This document shows positions 56,592 to 64,000 of a DNA stretch of 64,000 nucleotides, one piece after another (within the stretch, counting starts at the first letter, position 1; every line of letters begins with the position of its first letter). A program made the translations under genes and the position numbers. Below the pieces are notes generated by a model. It worked only from the letters and a program-made list of their open reading frames with translations. It did not search any database and was not told where the DNA came from. The stretch spans positions 3,595 to 67,594 of the forward strand of contig CAZIBG010000004.1 in the NCBI GenBank assembly GCA_964536985.1, given 5' to 3'. The DNA is from an uncultured Candidatus Saccharibacteria bacterium (GTDB lineage Bacteria; Patescibacteriota; Saccharimonadia; Saccharimonadales; AWTP1-31).

Positions 56592-56636
56592 ACTATATTA
56601 TATATAGTGCTAGTGGTTATAGTCAACGCACTATAT
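56592..56636. promoter_or_regulatory. promoter with nested palindromes upstream of the redoxin-trxB operon
   Basis: Minus strand TTGACT (56626-56621), an 18-nt spacer, then TATAAT (56602-56597). A 9-bp inverted repeat, ATATAGTGC (56602-56610) / GCACTATAT (56628-56636), brackets the -35. A 7-3-7 palindrome, ACTATAT-tat-ATATAGT (56592-56608), covers the -10. Confidence 0.45.
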
Positions 56637-56654
56637 GTTGTGTTTTCTAGTTAT

Positions 56655-57203
56655 CTACTCACCAATCTTTACGAGCTCGATATCAAAGACCAGGTCTGCA
56701 TTTGCTGGAATACCAGATCCGCCGGGAGGGTTTGCGCCATAAGCCTGGTCTGCCGGAATCAATAGTCGTCGTTTTCCGCCAACTTTCATTCCAGGAACGC
56801 CATCTGTCCAACCTTTAATAACTTGGTCTAGGCCAAATGGAATCGGGCTACCAGTATCTAGGCTGCTCTGAAAAATGATCCCTGTAGAAGCGACTGCCCC
56901 TGTGTAATGAGCGGTGACTGTGTCGCCAGGCTTTGCTTCATCGCCAGTACCGACTTGAGTGTCGATCTTTTGTAGTGTTGGTATTGATGCTGTCGGTGTG
57001 AATCCTGCTAGTTTAGTGCCTTCCAATTTACCCTCCGTAGTTTCATTAGTTTTAGTTGTATCTTCTGTAACTGATGTTAGCTGTTTATTTCTTCTACTTT
57101 CCTGGTGCGCTTCCCATATGACCATTCCGCTTAGACCGACCGAAGTAGCTAAGAAAATTACTGCTAGAACAATAGCGGCTACCCGCTCCCCAATTTTTGC
57201 CAT
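56655..57203 (-). CDS. membrane-anchored FKBP-type peptidyl-prolyl cis-trans isomerase
   Basis: 182 aa. An N-terminal TM helix is followed by the FKBP core: GDTVTAHYTG...FQSS...PFGLDQVIKGWTDGVPGMKVGGKRRLLIP...LVFDIELV. Confidence 0.85.
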   Translation of the reverse strand: MAKIGERVAAIVLAVIFLATSVGLSGMVIWEAHQESRRNKQLTSVTEDTTKTNETTEGKLEGTKLAGFTPTASIPTLQKIDTQVGTGDEAKPGDTVTAHYTGAVASTGIIFQSSLDTGSPIPFGLDQVIKGWTDGVPGMKVGGKRRLLIPADQAYGANPPGGSGIPANADLVFDIELVKIGE

Positions 57204-57239
57204 GTATATCCTCTGTTTTACTGACTTAGTATAGCAAAA

Positions 57240-57692
57240 TTATTGTATGTCGGAGCTAAATTCTTGTACCTGAGTAGGAAAGCCATCAGCAACACCTTGC
57301 AGTAATCGTTGTTGAATATTCTTAGTCCTAAAAGTTACTTCTGGTAGCTTACTCAGCGGCAACCACATCGGAGTGTACAGGTTGTCGCCACTTTTATTTA
57401 TCTGACGCTCATCAGATTGCTCGTGAAGCATTGGAGTTCCTGATACATAATCGACCAGATAGACGTACTGGTCCCCATATGGTGCTGGCGAGTGCTCGAT
57501 ATATACCAACCGCGGGTTGGCTACATGTACTTTTGTCTCTTCATGGATCTCACGTAGCAATGCTTTTTCCTTTGACTCAAGCATTTCCACATGACCACCA
57601 ATAAGCGTGTAGTATTGTTTTCCGAATTTATCGCGCTTCATGACTAACAAGTTATTCTCTTTGATGATGATGGCGCGTACAGCAGTAAACAT
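57240..57692 (-). CDS. NUDIX hydrolase
   Basis: 150 aa. The Nudix box is GGHVEMLESKEKALLREIHEETKV. Confidence 0.75.
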   Translation of the reverse strand: MFTAVRAIIIKENNLLVMKRDKFGKQYYTLIGGHVEMLESKEKALLREIHEETKVHVANPRLVYIEHSPAPYGDQYVYLVDYVSGTPMLHEQSDERQINKSGDNLYTPMWLPLSKLPEVTFRTKNIQQRLLQGVADGFPTQVQEFSSDIQ

Positions 57693-57698
57693 ATTTTC

Positions 57699-59468
57699 CT
57701 AAGCCGACATATCGTATTCTTTAAGTTTCTTCTTGCTCGATTCGGTATTTCCACCCTGCAACTTAAGTAGTTGAGCATAGATTCCATTGGTTTGGGCCAA
57801 CTTTATAGGGCTACCAATTTCGTCTACTTTACCGCCACGCAAGGTGATGATTTGATCGACATGTTGAATAGTACTGAGTCGGTGGGCAATAATTAGTGTC
57901 GTTCGACCCTTCATAAGTCGTTCGAGTGCTTCCTGCACCATGCCCTCTGACTTACTGTCTAGGCTACTGGTTGCTTCGTCCAAGATAAGAATTGGTGCAT
58001 CTTTAAGCAGAGCTCTTGCTATAGCAATGCGTTGTTTTTGTCCGCCGCTAAGCTTGAGTCCGCGTTCACCAATTTCTGTTTTATAGCCTTTTTCGAACTT
58101 ACTTACAAATTCGTGAGCATTAGCGGCTTTTGCAGCGGCAACGACCTGAGCTTCTGTAGCTTTTGGACGACCATAGGCGATGTTCTCTCGGATTGTCCCA
58201 CTAAATAGTGCTGGATCTTGGAATACCACACCAATCTTATCGCGAAGACTAGCCTGTGTAATGGATTGGATATCTTGGCCATCTATGGAGATACTTCCGG
58301 TCTGCGGCTCGTAGAAACGAAGTAGTAGATTAGTGAGGGTCGTCTTGCCTTCGCCACTTTCTCCGACCAAGGCTACTTTACTATCTGGCTTAACGGTAAA
58401 AGATATCCCCTTTAGTATCTGCTCTTTGTCGTATGCAAAGCTTACATCCTTGAATTCGACCTTACCATCTGCAACCGTGATATCTGGAGCGTTAGTGGTG
58501 TCAGCAATTGCAGGATCTAGACCCATGACCTCGAAGTAATCTTTGCTGTCGGCAACTGCTTTTTGAGTATTATCAACCAGGAAACTAATGGTAAATATTG
58601 GGATACGAATTTGCATGGCATATAGTATCAGGGCCACCGCTTGACCTGGCGTAAGTTGACCGTGAGCTGCTTGAATAAAAATAAACAGATACACGCCCAG
58701 GAAAATTACATTGAGCACCAAGCGACGGACAATGTCATTCTTATGCCAATGCTTTGATTGTGGCACTGTGTAGTCAAGAACGTCAGATGTATTCTTCTGG
58801 AAGAAAGCCACTTCACTGTCTTCTTGAATGAAGCTTTTAACGACCTTAACCTGCCCAATTACCTCCGCAAAACGACCACTAGCAATGTCGGTACTCAGGT
58901 TGATCTTTTTCTGATAATCTTGCCATTTGCCACTAGATTTGATGGTCATTAATATGAATATTGGGTACAACAAGGCTAGTAGAATCGCCACTGGCCAGCT
59001 GTAGTAAGCGATAATTGCTAGTGCTAGAACAGTGCTAAAGATGAACTGTAGGAAGTTGTTGCTCCACATTTGCATAAAGCCGCTGATCTGATAGACGGAG
59101 CGGTTTACTCTTCCGATCAATGTACCGGTAAGTTCGGAATCGAAGTAGCTCTGAGGTAGTTTTAGAAGATGAGCATAGTATCGTTCGCCGAGTATCTTAT
59201 AGAGCTTCTTGCCCATGATGTCGCCGTAATACCCGATGATATTGTTGATAAACGTACTCCCCAGATCGCTGGCAAATATAGCAACTACTACAATCACTAA
59301 GTATCTGACATCGGCAGAAGTACCTTTTCGTATCTCATCAATAGCCCAACCACTAAACAGCGGCTGCAACAAACCTACAGCTGCAACAAGTACCGACATC
59401 AAACTAATCGCTAGATAGTAGTTTTTGAGCTCACGAGTGAATCTAAGAATCCTAAGTATGTGCTTCAT
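57699..59468 (-). CDS. ABC transporter, fused permease/ATP-binding (MsbA/type I exporter-like)
   Basis: 589 aa. Six TM helices are followed by an NBD with GESGEGKTT, LSGGQKQRIAIARA and ILILDEATS. Confidence 0.9.
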   Translation of the reverse strand: MKHILRILRFTRELKNYYLAISLMSVLVAAVGLLQPLFSGWAIDEIRKGTSADVRYLVIVVVAIFASDLGSTFINNIIGYYGDIMGKKLYKILGERYYAHLLKLPQSYFDSELTGTLIGRVNRSVYQISGFMQMWSNNFLQFIFSTVLALAIIAYYSWPVAILLALLYPIFILMTIKSSGKWQDYQKKINLSTDIASGRFAEVIGQVKVVKSFIQEDSEVAFFQKNTSDVLDYTVPQSKHWHKNDIVRRLVLNVIFLGVYLFIFIQAAHGQLTPGQAVALILYAMQIRIPIFTISFLVDNTQKAVADSKDYFEVMGLDPAIADTTNAPDITVADGKVEFKDVSFAYDKEQILKGISFTVKPDSKVALVGESGEGKTTLTNLLLRFYEPQTGSISIDGQDIQSITQASLRDKIGVVFQDPALFSGTIRENIAYGRPKATEAQVVAAAKAANAHEFVSKFEKGYKTEIGERGLKLSGGQKQRIAIARALLKDAPILILDEATSSLDSKSEGMVQEALERLMKGRTTLIIAHRLSTIQHVDQIITLRGGKVDEIGSPIKLAQTNGIYAQLLKLQGGNTESSKKKLKEYDMSA

Positions 59469-59470
59469 CG

Positions 59471-61993
59471 CTATACTCGTTTAGCGCCAAGCTCTGCCTC
59501 TACCAAATCAACAACTTTGCCAACATATGTAGTCACTTCTTCGGTTGTTAGGGTGCGCTGAAGGCTTGTAAGCTGAATTCGGAAAGAGACGTTCTTATGT
59601 TTTGTCTTATCTTTATGATAGATACCCAGTGGAAGCAATTTACTAATGTATCCCGTATCCTTGCCTACTTCTTTTATGCTGTTAAGTATTGAGTTCTGGA
59701 TTGAGCCGTAAGACTGATCTGGAGATACGCTTAATGTTACGTCCTGAGACATCTTAGGATACTTACTAAGCGCCGTGTAGTTGAGCTTAGTGGCAATATC
59801 TAAGAGTGGATCAAGCATGATTTCAAATCCAGCGGAATGGACTGGCAGTTTTAGCTTGCTACGAGTGCTGGGCGTGTATTCGCCGATAACTCCAATGTAA
59901 TTGCCACTTGTTCGATCTGTTACCAAAGCAGAGCGACCAGGATGGAAAGGCTTGGTAATTTCGTAGGTGATGTCGTCAGTTAGCGGCACATAGTCTAGAT
60001 CGAGACCAAGTAGTGAGGATACGTGTTCCAAATACCGTTTCGCTTGATAGTAGGCCGCCCCGGCATTGTTTGCTACATGCTTGTCGTTGGCTGCGTAAAC
60101 CAATGCCAGCATAGAGTTTTCCTGGGGTAGTCCCTCCTCGTTCACGCCCTGAAGCTTCAGGTGAGTTTTGCCGATCTCAAAAATTGCGAAGGAGTCATAG
60201 CCAGCTCGAAGGTTGCCATAGACTTTAGATAGCAAACTAGGGGTTACCGTTAAGCGGTAATACTGCAGTTCCGGACTGAGGGCATTGCTGAGTTTGTATG
60301 CCTCTTTTGTGTTCTGGTTGACGCTATCCAGTAACTTTCCCGAGACAAAGCTGTAAGACAATACTTCGTTTGCCCCTGCCCTCACTAAAGAATTACGGAG
60401 CTTAGTATTCAGCTCCAAGGCCATATTTTTAGTTACGGGAGCAGAGCTTCTTTTTGGTAAAACTACTGGCAACTTATCAAAACCATACAATCGGCCTACT
60501 TCTTCAACAATATCTTCGGGAATTTCTATGTCTGTACGCCAGAACGGCACAGTAATACTTAAGATGTTCTCTTGTATATCAACCACAAATTCTACATTAC
60601 GAAGCAACTGAGCGATTACGAATGGGTCTAGATTTACATCTAGTCGACTGTTAATGAACTCTGTGTTTACGATAACGTTACCGAGTGGATGTAGATCGCC
60701 GGGATCATCAAAGATCTCGCTAGCAATAGTTCCATTAGCGAGGTTAAGAATATGAGACGCAGCATAAGCCAATACTCTGTCGTTCTGCAAGATGCTCTGA
60801 CCCTTTGTGTAACGTGTAGCGGCATCAGTAAATACTCCGTGACGCATGGTTGATCGTCGGATGCTATACATGTCGAACGAGGCGCAGGTTAATACTATTG
60901 AAGTTGTATTGGCATCAATTTCGGTATGTCCACCACCCATGACACCAGCCAAGTCGGCGACTGTAGAATTAGTAGAAAGTACAATATCGCCAGCAGTCAA
61001 AGTTAGTTTCTTACCGCTAAGAACAGTTAGCGCTTCGCCCTCTTTTGCCATGCGTACACCAATACTTGGAGCGCCATCGCTAAACTCAGCAATCTTGCGG
61101 TAATCGAATGCATGCATTGGTTGACCAGTCAGCTGCATCATATAGTTTGTTATGTCTACGACGTTATTTATGGGACGGATTCCGACACGCGTAAGTGCGG
61201 CCTGCATCCAGTAGGGACTTGGTTTGATTGTAATGTTATCGATCGCCACCGCCATAAATCTCTTAGACAGCTCTGGCACAAAGTTAAACACTTCCAGTGG
61301 CAATACATTCTGTGCAGCTGGCAATGAAACGGGCTGTTGGTACCACTCTGGGCTCTCAAATGGTAATCCACTGATTCCGGCCAGTTCCCGGGCTACGCCA
61401 AGAATCCCAAAGCAATCTGGTCGATGAGTGAACATCTTGTTTTCGCAATCAATAACGACGTCCTCTAAACCATACAGCTTAACAAATGGTGTTCCAGGTC
61501 GTGAGAGTTCTTGTCCAACTTCTTGGGCGTCGACAATCAATAGACCGCTGTGGTCTTCGCTAATGCCGAGCTCGCTTGGAGTTCCAAGCATACCAGGGCT
61601 TGGCACCCCTCTAATAGCACGAACTTCTAGAACAAACGGATCCTTAACGAATGTCGAAGGGACAATTGCGCCAGGAGTAATCCAAATCACGGTCAACCCT
61701 GGAGCAACATCTGGAGCGCCACAAACAATTTGGACCAGACCATCAGCATTTCGATCAACATTCTCTACAACGCCACCATCGTCGATCAAGCAAACGTGTA
61801 ATTTATCGGCGTCAGGATGATCGTTGACTTCCACAATTTTGACTACATAAATTCCAGCAAATCGTGGCGTCCAGTCAACCACGTCCTCTACCGCACCAAG
61901 TTGTGCTCCAATTTTTTGCAACATCTGTTCTGTTGGTATGGACAGTAAATCAACATTACTGTATTGATTAGCTATTTGGATGGATACTTTCAT
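59471..61993 (-). CDS. pheT: phenylalanine--tRNA ligase beta subunit
   Basis: 840 aa with the tRNA-binding OB domain, B3/4, B5 and FDX-ACB domains. Its start overlaps the pheS stop. Confidence 0.95.
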   Translation of the reverse strand: MKVSIQIANQYSNVDLLSIPTEQMLQKIGAQLGAVEDVVDWTPRFAGIYVVKIVEVNDHPDADKLHVCLIDDGGVVENVDRNADGLVQIVCGAPDVAPGLTVIWITPGAIVPSTFVKDPFVLEVRAIRGVPSPGMLGTPSELGISEDHSGLLIVDAQEVGQELSRPGTPFVKLYGLEDVVIDCENKMFTHRPDCFGILGVARELAGISGLPFESPEWYQQPVSLPAAQNVLPLEVFNFVPELSKRFMAVAIDNITIKPSPYWMQAALTRVGIRPINNVVDITNYMMQLTGQPMHAFDYRKIAEFSDGAPSIGVRMAKEGEALTVLSGKKLTLTAGDIVLSTNSTVADLAGVMGGGHTEIDANTTSIVLTCASFDMYSIRRSTMRHGVFTDAATRYTKGQSILQNDRVLAYAASHILNLANGTIASEIFDDPGDLHPLGNVIVNTEFINSRLDVNLDPFVIAQLLRNVEFVVDIQENILSITVPFWRTDIEIPEDIVEEVGRLYGFDKLPVVLPKRSSAPVTKNMALELNTKLRNSLVRAGANEVLSYSFVSGKLLDSVNQNTKEAYKLSNALSPELQYYRLTVTPSLLSKVYGNLRAGYDSFAIFEIGKTHLKLQGVNEEGLPQENSMLALVYAANDKHVANNAGAAYYQAKRYLEHVSSLLGLDLDYVPLTDDITYEITKPFHPGRSALVTDRTSGNYIGVIGEYTPSTRSKLKLPVHSAGFEIMLDPLLDIATKLNYTALSKYPKMSQDVTLSVSPDQSYGSIQNSILNSIKEVGKDTGYISKLLPLGIYHKDKTKHKNVSFRIQLTSLQRTLTTEEVTTYVGKVVDLVEAELGAKRV

Positions 61994-63012
61994 TAAAATT
62001 GCCTCAAGAAATCTAATTTACCGGATTCGAAATGTCTGACATCTTCGATTCCATACTTCATCATAATCATACGTTCAACACCAAATCCCCAAGCAAAGCC
62101 GCTGTAGACCTCAGGGTCTATGCCTGCCATCCTAAGTACATTTGGATGAATCATTCCGCATCCACCGAGCTCCAGCCACTTCTGTTCCTCAGAATCGTCT
62201 TTACGCAATATATCAGGGCGCTCTACTGCAAACTCAAAGCTTGGCTCGGTGAATGGAAAGTAAAAAGGTTGAATTTTAGCCTTCAACTCCTGACCAAAGT
62301 ACTCACTCAAAAACGTTTGTAGTGTGGCTATAAGGTTACCAATGGTAATGTCTTTACCTACGTATACTCCTTCGTGCTGATGAAAAGTATGTTCATGGGT
62401 GGCATCGAGATCTTCGTTGCGAAAAACACGATCAGGAACCAGTACGGCAATGGGCTCGCCATTGTCGAGGTTTGACTTATATTTTTGTAATACACGGTTC
62501 TGCATGGTACTAGTGTGCGCAGGCGCGATTAATCCATCGGTTGTCATGAAGGTGTCGTAATCGTCTCTTGCGGGGTGACCTTCCGGGAAATTTAATGCCT
62601 CGAACATGTGATAATCATCGTCAATCAGACGGCTTTGCTCGACTACTAATCCCATGCGGTAGGCAATGTCAGCAATATACTCAAGCTCCGTACTAATTGG
62701 GTGTTTTGACCCAAACTCTGAGGAAAGCAAATCGGGAGTAACCGAATTAACATCCATTGGAGCGGTCACATCTATCGCCGGCAATGCCTCTGCTACATTC
62801 TTTGAATCTTCTACCCAAGAGATTACTTCTGCCTTGAGTGCATTTAGCTCCTTGCCAAAACTAGCCTTTTGCTCATTAGGGATAGTCTTAAGCTCGGCGT
62901 ATAGCGCGCTAAGAGTCTTACTCCGTAAAATAGTGTGCTTATCCTCAAGCTTAGCGAATTCTTTATGTAAATGATCTTTAGCTTTGGCAATAGAAGTACT
63001 AGGGTCTGACAT
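61993..63012 (-). CDS. pheS: phenylalanine--tRNA ligase alpha subunit
   Basis: 339 aa with the class II motifs FRNEDLDATHEHTFHQHEG and GFAWGFGVERM. TGgTATAAT ends 9 nt before the ATG and there is no SD. Confidence 0.95.
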   Translation of the reverse strand: MSDPSTSIAKAKDHLHKEFAKLEDKHTILRSKTLSALYAELKTIPNEQKASFGKELNALKAEVISWVEDSKNVAEALPAIDVTAPMDVNSVTPDLLSSEFGSKHPISTELEYIADIAYRMGLVVEQSRLIDDDYHMFEALNFPEGHPARDDYDTFMTTDGLIAPAHTSTMQNRVLQKYKSNLDNGEPIAVLVPDRVFRNEDLDATHEHTFHQHEGVYVGKDITIGNLIATLQTFLSEYFGQELKAKIQPFYFPFTEPSFEFAVERPDILRKDDSEEQKWLELGGCGMIHPNVLRMAGIDPEVYSGFAWGFGVERMIMMKYGIEDVRHFESGKLDFLRQF

Positions 63013-63204
63013 ATTACTGTAATTATACCAGCCATTTACGGCACGAACGAATAGATTTTAATCTGTTTTTCTGCTATAATGGCGGTTGCCTAATAAGCGT
63101 AGCTGCTGTCGTCCGTACCACGTAACAACGTGCCCATTCGGAATACTGCAATCCCTCTTTTGGCATCAACAACAATCAAAAGCTATTTTTAGCATGGAGA
63201 AATC

Positions 63205-63720
63205 ATGTCTGAAAGACTACACATGCCTGATGCGCTCAGGAATCTTAATATCAATGCCCGTAAACTAGCAGCCGTACCCCTCGCAGCGGTGCTTTCATTA
63301 ACAATGGTGGCTTGCGAGACACCAGAAGCCGGAATGGGTGAATTTACCTGCTACGTGCCAAGTGCAGGCGGCATAAATGGTGACAATAAGGATACAGCGC
63401 TTGGTGACAAACCTCAGCCAGACGTTGACCTAGCCGCAAACCTACGACACTACTATGGCGGTCGCGCAACAGATGATAATCACAATGGGACAATTGATTA
63501 CGAAGAGATCAAGAATGCTGCACGGCGTAACCCGGTAAAAGTGCTTATAGCTGGTGTTGGGATAAGATTCATCAAAGATACTGGGGGTGATTTTAAGAAT
63601 GCCAGGCCCGGTCGGATGGATGTATCAATGGGATCATTGGCCGCCTGTAGAGAGTTCATGAGGGGTGGTCGTAAACGACAATATGCCATATTGCCTGATA
63701 CGCCAGTCGCTACTCCTTAA
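63205..63720 (+). CDS. putative lipoprotein with an EF-hand-type calcium-binding loop
   Basis: 171 aa. The signal peptide ends in the lipobox-like LTMVAC. DDNHNGTIDYEEI satisfies the PROSITE EF-hand pattern position by position. GGAG lies 5 nt upstream. Confidence 0.55.
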   Translation: MSERLHMPDALRNLNINARKLAAVPLAAVLSLTMVACETPEAGMGEFTCYVPSAGGINGDNKDTALGDKPQPDVDLAANLRHYYGGRATDDNHNGTIDYEEIKNAARRNPVKVLIAGVGIRFIKDTGGDFKNARPGRMDVSMGSLAACREFMRGGRKRQYAILPDTPVATP

Positions 63721-63744
63721 GGAATAATCGTATATACTGGATAT

Positions 63745-64000
63745 ATGGCAAACTTTTCTTTCGATATTGTAAGTGATTACGACAAGGCCGAACTTAATAA
63801 CGTTTTTGATCAAACTCAACGCGAGATCACCGCACGCTATGATTTTAAAGGTACATCTGCAGAAGTAGAATGGCTCAATGATGAAAAGTCGGGCTTTAAG
63901 ATCACAGGTGATCATCAATATCAGCTTGATGCTATCGCCGATATTGTTCGCAAGAAGCTAGCAACTCGTAATCAGAGCCAGAAACTTCTTGATACCACCA
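63745..64000 (+). CDS. YajQ-family (UPF0234) nucleotide-binding protein, 3'-truncated by the window edge
   Basis: It is not in the ORF track because no stop falls in the window. ATG at 63745; MANFSFDIVSDYDKAELNNVFDQTQREITARYDFKGTSAEVEW is the typical YajQ N-terminus. TATACT ends 6 nt before the ATG. Confidence 0.85.
   Translation, partial: MANFSFDIVSDYDKAELNNVFDQTQREITARYDFKGTSAEVEWLNDEKSGFKITGDHQYQLDAIADIVRKKLATRNQSQKLLDTT

Noticed and set aside
2655-56626. N-terminal extensions in the ORF track for rsmD (3305), rnhB (21249, GTG), tkt-C (48632), rpiB (50553), the 213-aa gene (53406), ppa (53963) and the redoxin (56626)
   Set aside because: The extensions overlap the upstream gene by 30-120 nt or, for rnhB, run through a terminator stem. 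Internal ATGs give canonical family N-termini, with either an SD or a 1-8-nt stop/start overlap.
773-61820. Many 60-134-aa ORFs in the track lying inside and antisense to, or out of frame with, long conserved genes (for example 773..1030, 5302..5637, 5586..5942, 14080..14463, 15523..15927, 47767..48165, 61428..61820)
   Set aside because: Each is wholly contained in a confidently identified housekeeping gene. They have low-complexity Ser/Leu/Arg-rich translations typical of antisense frames, and none has an independent start signal.
63110-63123. T-box-like string ACGTGGTACGGACG (minus strand) upstream of pheS
   Set aside because: It only partly resembles the T-box GGUGGUACCGCG. The spacer has no convincing Stem I or specifier loop, since the UUC there is followed by C rather than a purine. 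There is no terminator hairpin with a U-tract before pheS. The spacer is better explained by the pheS -10 and the divergent 63205 promoter.
63634-63918. Tracked 94-aa minus-strand ORF at the right end of the window
   Set aside because: It is antisense to the clearly recognisable YajQ-family gene starting at 63745 and to the 3' end of the lipoprotein gene. Its translation is low-complexity.
1-64000. Alternative genetic code (UGA recoding, as in some CPR lineages)
   Set aside because: TGA clearly terminates conserved genes, for example in the ATGA overlaps at 3188-3191 and 54664-54667. All housekeeping ORFs are full length under the standard code.
1-64000. CRISPR arrays, transposases, integrases, prophage or plasmid modules, rRNA genes
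   Set aside because: No non-coding gap exceeds about 235 nt. I noticed no short direct-repeat arrays or terminal inverted repeats, and no ORF carries recombinase or transposase motifs. The only RNA gene found is tRNA-Leu.

Overview
This is a very densely coding window, with only about 10 intergenic gaps over 60 nt. Most genes lie on the minus strand and encode housekeeping functions of a small-genome bacterium.

**Recognisable genes**
- Aminoacyl-tRNA and tRNA-linked: hisS, tyrS, pheST, gatCAB.
- Replication and repair: recG, radA, uvrB, dnaE, rnhB.
- Transcription, translation and proteostasis: nusA, rplS, clpC.
- Envelope and surface: a class A PBP and a PilB/GspE-type ATPase.
- Other: pepN, trxB plus a glutaredoxin-like gene, ppa, and an MsbA-like ABC exporter.
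- Central carbon block: gap-rpiB-rpe-split transketolase, then fba, a PfkB kinase, an unknown gene and a LOG/TIGR00725-like gene.

**General properties**
- There is one tRNA, Leu-UAG.
- I saw no rRNA, CRISPR array, transposase, integrase or prophage genes.
- The standard genetic code applies, since TGA is used as a stop (for example the ATGA overlaps at 3188-3191 and 54664-54667).
- Gene content and compaction are what I would expect from a Patescibacteria/CPR organism such as Saccharibacteria. That is inference only, because I cannot run a search.

**Most interesting signals**
1. An uncharacterised three-gene module at 36039-39840. An FtsK/HerA/TraD-like P-loop ATPase with a long disordered tail is translationally coupled to two tandem 232-aa paralogs built on a period-6 repeat that looks like a beta-solenoid.
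2. An 18-codon leader ORF with His at 3 of 4 consecutive codons, followed by an intrinsic terminator just upstream of hisS. This is a candidate ribosome-mediated attenuator.
3. A near-consensus CIRCE (HrcA) operator over the clpC promoter.
4. A promoter followed immediately by a terminator in the nusA leader.
5. A recurrent pattern of a -10 hexamer 6-9 nt upstream of the ATG with no Shine-Dalgarno, suggesting widespread leaderless mRNAs alongside a second class of genes with strong AAGGAG sites.
6. Convergent gene pairs that abut or overlap, leaving no room for terminators.

Several ORF-track starts are upstream over-extensions and are corrected in the feature list.
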